Under the pieces are notes generated by a model. That model ran no database searches. It was not told the origin of the DNA and worked only from the letters and a program-made list of their open reading frames with translations. From a virus (Duplodnaviria; Heunggongvirae; Uroviricota; Caudoviricetes): a DNA stretch of 18,305 nt. The stretch lies in IMG/VR virus record IMGVR_UViG_2529292906_000017; one strand, given 5' to 3'. Numbering within the stretch: the first letter of the stretch is position 1; the number at the start of each line of letters is the position of its first letter. The position numbers and the translations under genes were made by a program. Of this stretch, positions 17,419-18,305 are shown piece by piece.

Positions 17419-18305
17419 TGCCACTGCTGGATAAGCTGCGTGAGCAGTACGGGGTCGGACCGGTATGCAGCGAACTGCATATTGCCCCGTCAACGTATTA
17501 CCATTGTCAGCAACAGCGACATCATCCGGATAAACGCAGTGCCCGTGCGCAGCACGACGACTGGCTGAAGAGAGAGATACAGCGCGTATACGATGAAAAT
17601 CATCAGGTGTACGGTGTGCGTAAAGTCTGGCGTCAGTTGTTACGGGAAGGAATCAGGGTGGCCAGATGTACAGTGGCGCGCCTCATGGCGGTTATGGGAC
17701 TTGCCGGTGTTCTCCGGGGTAAAAAGGTCCGCACTACCGTCAGCCGGAAAACCGTTGCCACAGGTGACCGCGTAAACCGTCAGTTCGTGGCAGAACGTCC
17801 TGACCAGCTGTGGGTGGCTGATTTTACTTACGTCAGCACATGGCAGGGCTTCGTCTATGTGGCGTTTATCATTGATGTGTTTGCCGGATACATCGTGGGG
17901 TGGCGGGTCTCATCGTCTATGGAAACGACATTCGTGCTGGATGCGCTGGAGCAGGCGTTGTGGGCCCGTCGTCCGTCTGGCACCATCCATCACAGCGATA
18001 AAGGCTCTCAGTATGTGTCACTGGCCTATACGGAGCGACTAAAAGAAGCCGGATTACTGGCATCAACAGGGAGTACAGGCGACTCGTATGACAACGCGAT
18101 GGCTGAGAGCATCAATGGTCTTTACAAAGCGGAGGTAATACACCGTAAGAGCTGGAAAAACCGTGCAGAAGTGGAACTGGCCACACTAACGTGGGTGGAC
18201 TGGTATAACAATCGACGATTGCTGGGAAGGCTGGGCCATACTCCTCCGGCAGAAGCAGAAAAAGCTTATTATGCTTCCATCGGAAACGATGATCTGGCAG
18301 CCTGA
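17415..18305 (+). CDS. IS3-family transposase OrfB (IS629-like), DDE integrase domain
   Basis: 296-aa ORF with ...[31 protein letters not shown]...[10 protein letters not shown]...[16 protein letters not shown]. Confidence 0.85.
   Translation: MMPLLDKLREQYGVGPVCSELHIAPSTYYHCQQQRHHPDKRSARAQHDDWLKREIQRVYDENHQVYGVRKVWRQLLREGIRVARCTVARLMAVMGLAGVLRGKKVRTTVSRKTVATGDRVNRQFVAERPDQLWVADFTYVSTWQGFVYVAFIIDVFAGYIVGWRVSSSMETTFVLDALEQALWARRPSGTIHHSDKGSQYVSLAYTERLKEAGLLASTGSTGDSYDNAMAESINGLYKAEVIHRKSWKNRAEVELATLTWVDWYNNRRLLGRLGHTPPAEAEKAYYASIGNDDLAA

Larger units (their letters stand above)
17038..18305 (+). mobile_element. IS629-like IS3-family element (left end at 17038, right inverted repeat beyond the window)
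   Basis: Begins TGAACCGCCCCGGAAATCCTGGAGACTAAACTCCCTGAGAAAGAGG followed by orfA and orfB with an ATGA overlap; orfB stop is the last codon of the window. Confidence 0.8.

Overview
This window reads as the late-gene arm of a decayed lambdoid (Qin-like) prophage in an E. coli/Shigella-type genome, and I found no convincing novel system in it. All calls are from reading the sequence and ORF translations against remembered protein families; no searches were run. On the minus strand the order is relB-relE-hokD, rem-like, ydfU, Q antiterminator (quuQ), cspF/cspB, an IS1 insertion, a phage-21-type lysis cassette (essQ pinholin, ydfR, rrrQ SAR-endolysin, Rz/Rz1), cspI, ynfN, gnsB, ydfO/ynfO, a lambda-type cos site, Nu1-J-Stf deletion remnants, tfa, pin invertase, ydfK, and a host MFS transporter (ydfJ-like) truncated at the prophage boundary. 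The right end carries an IS600-like element interrupted by an IS629-like IS3-family element. The most unusual observation is that five unrelated genes (ydfK, gnsB, ynfN, Rz, IS1 insA/insB) each appear broken by a 1-bp contraction in an A/T homopolymer run; this may be an assembly artefact or real decay. Other leads are the orphan invertase, the cold-shock gene island, and a few unassigned small ORFs.
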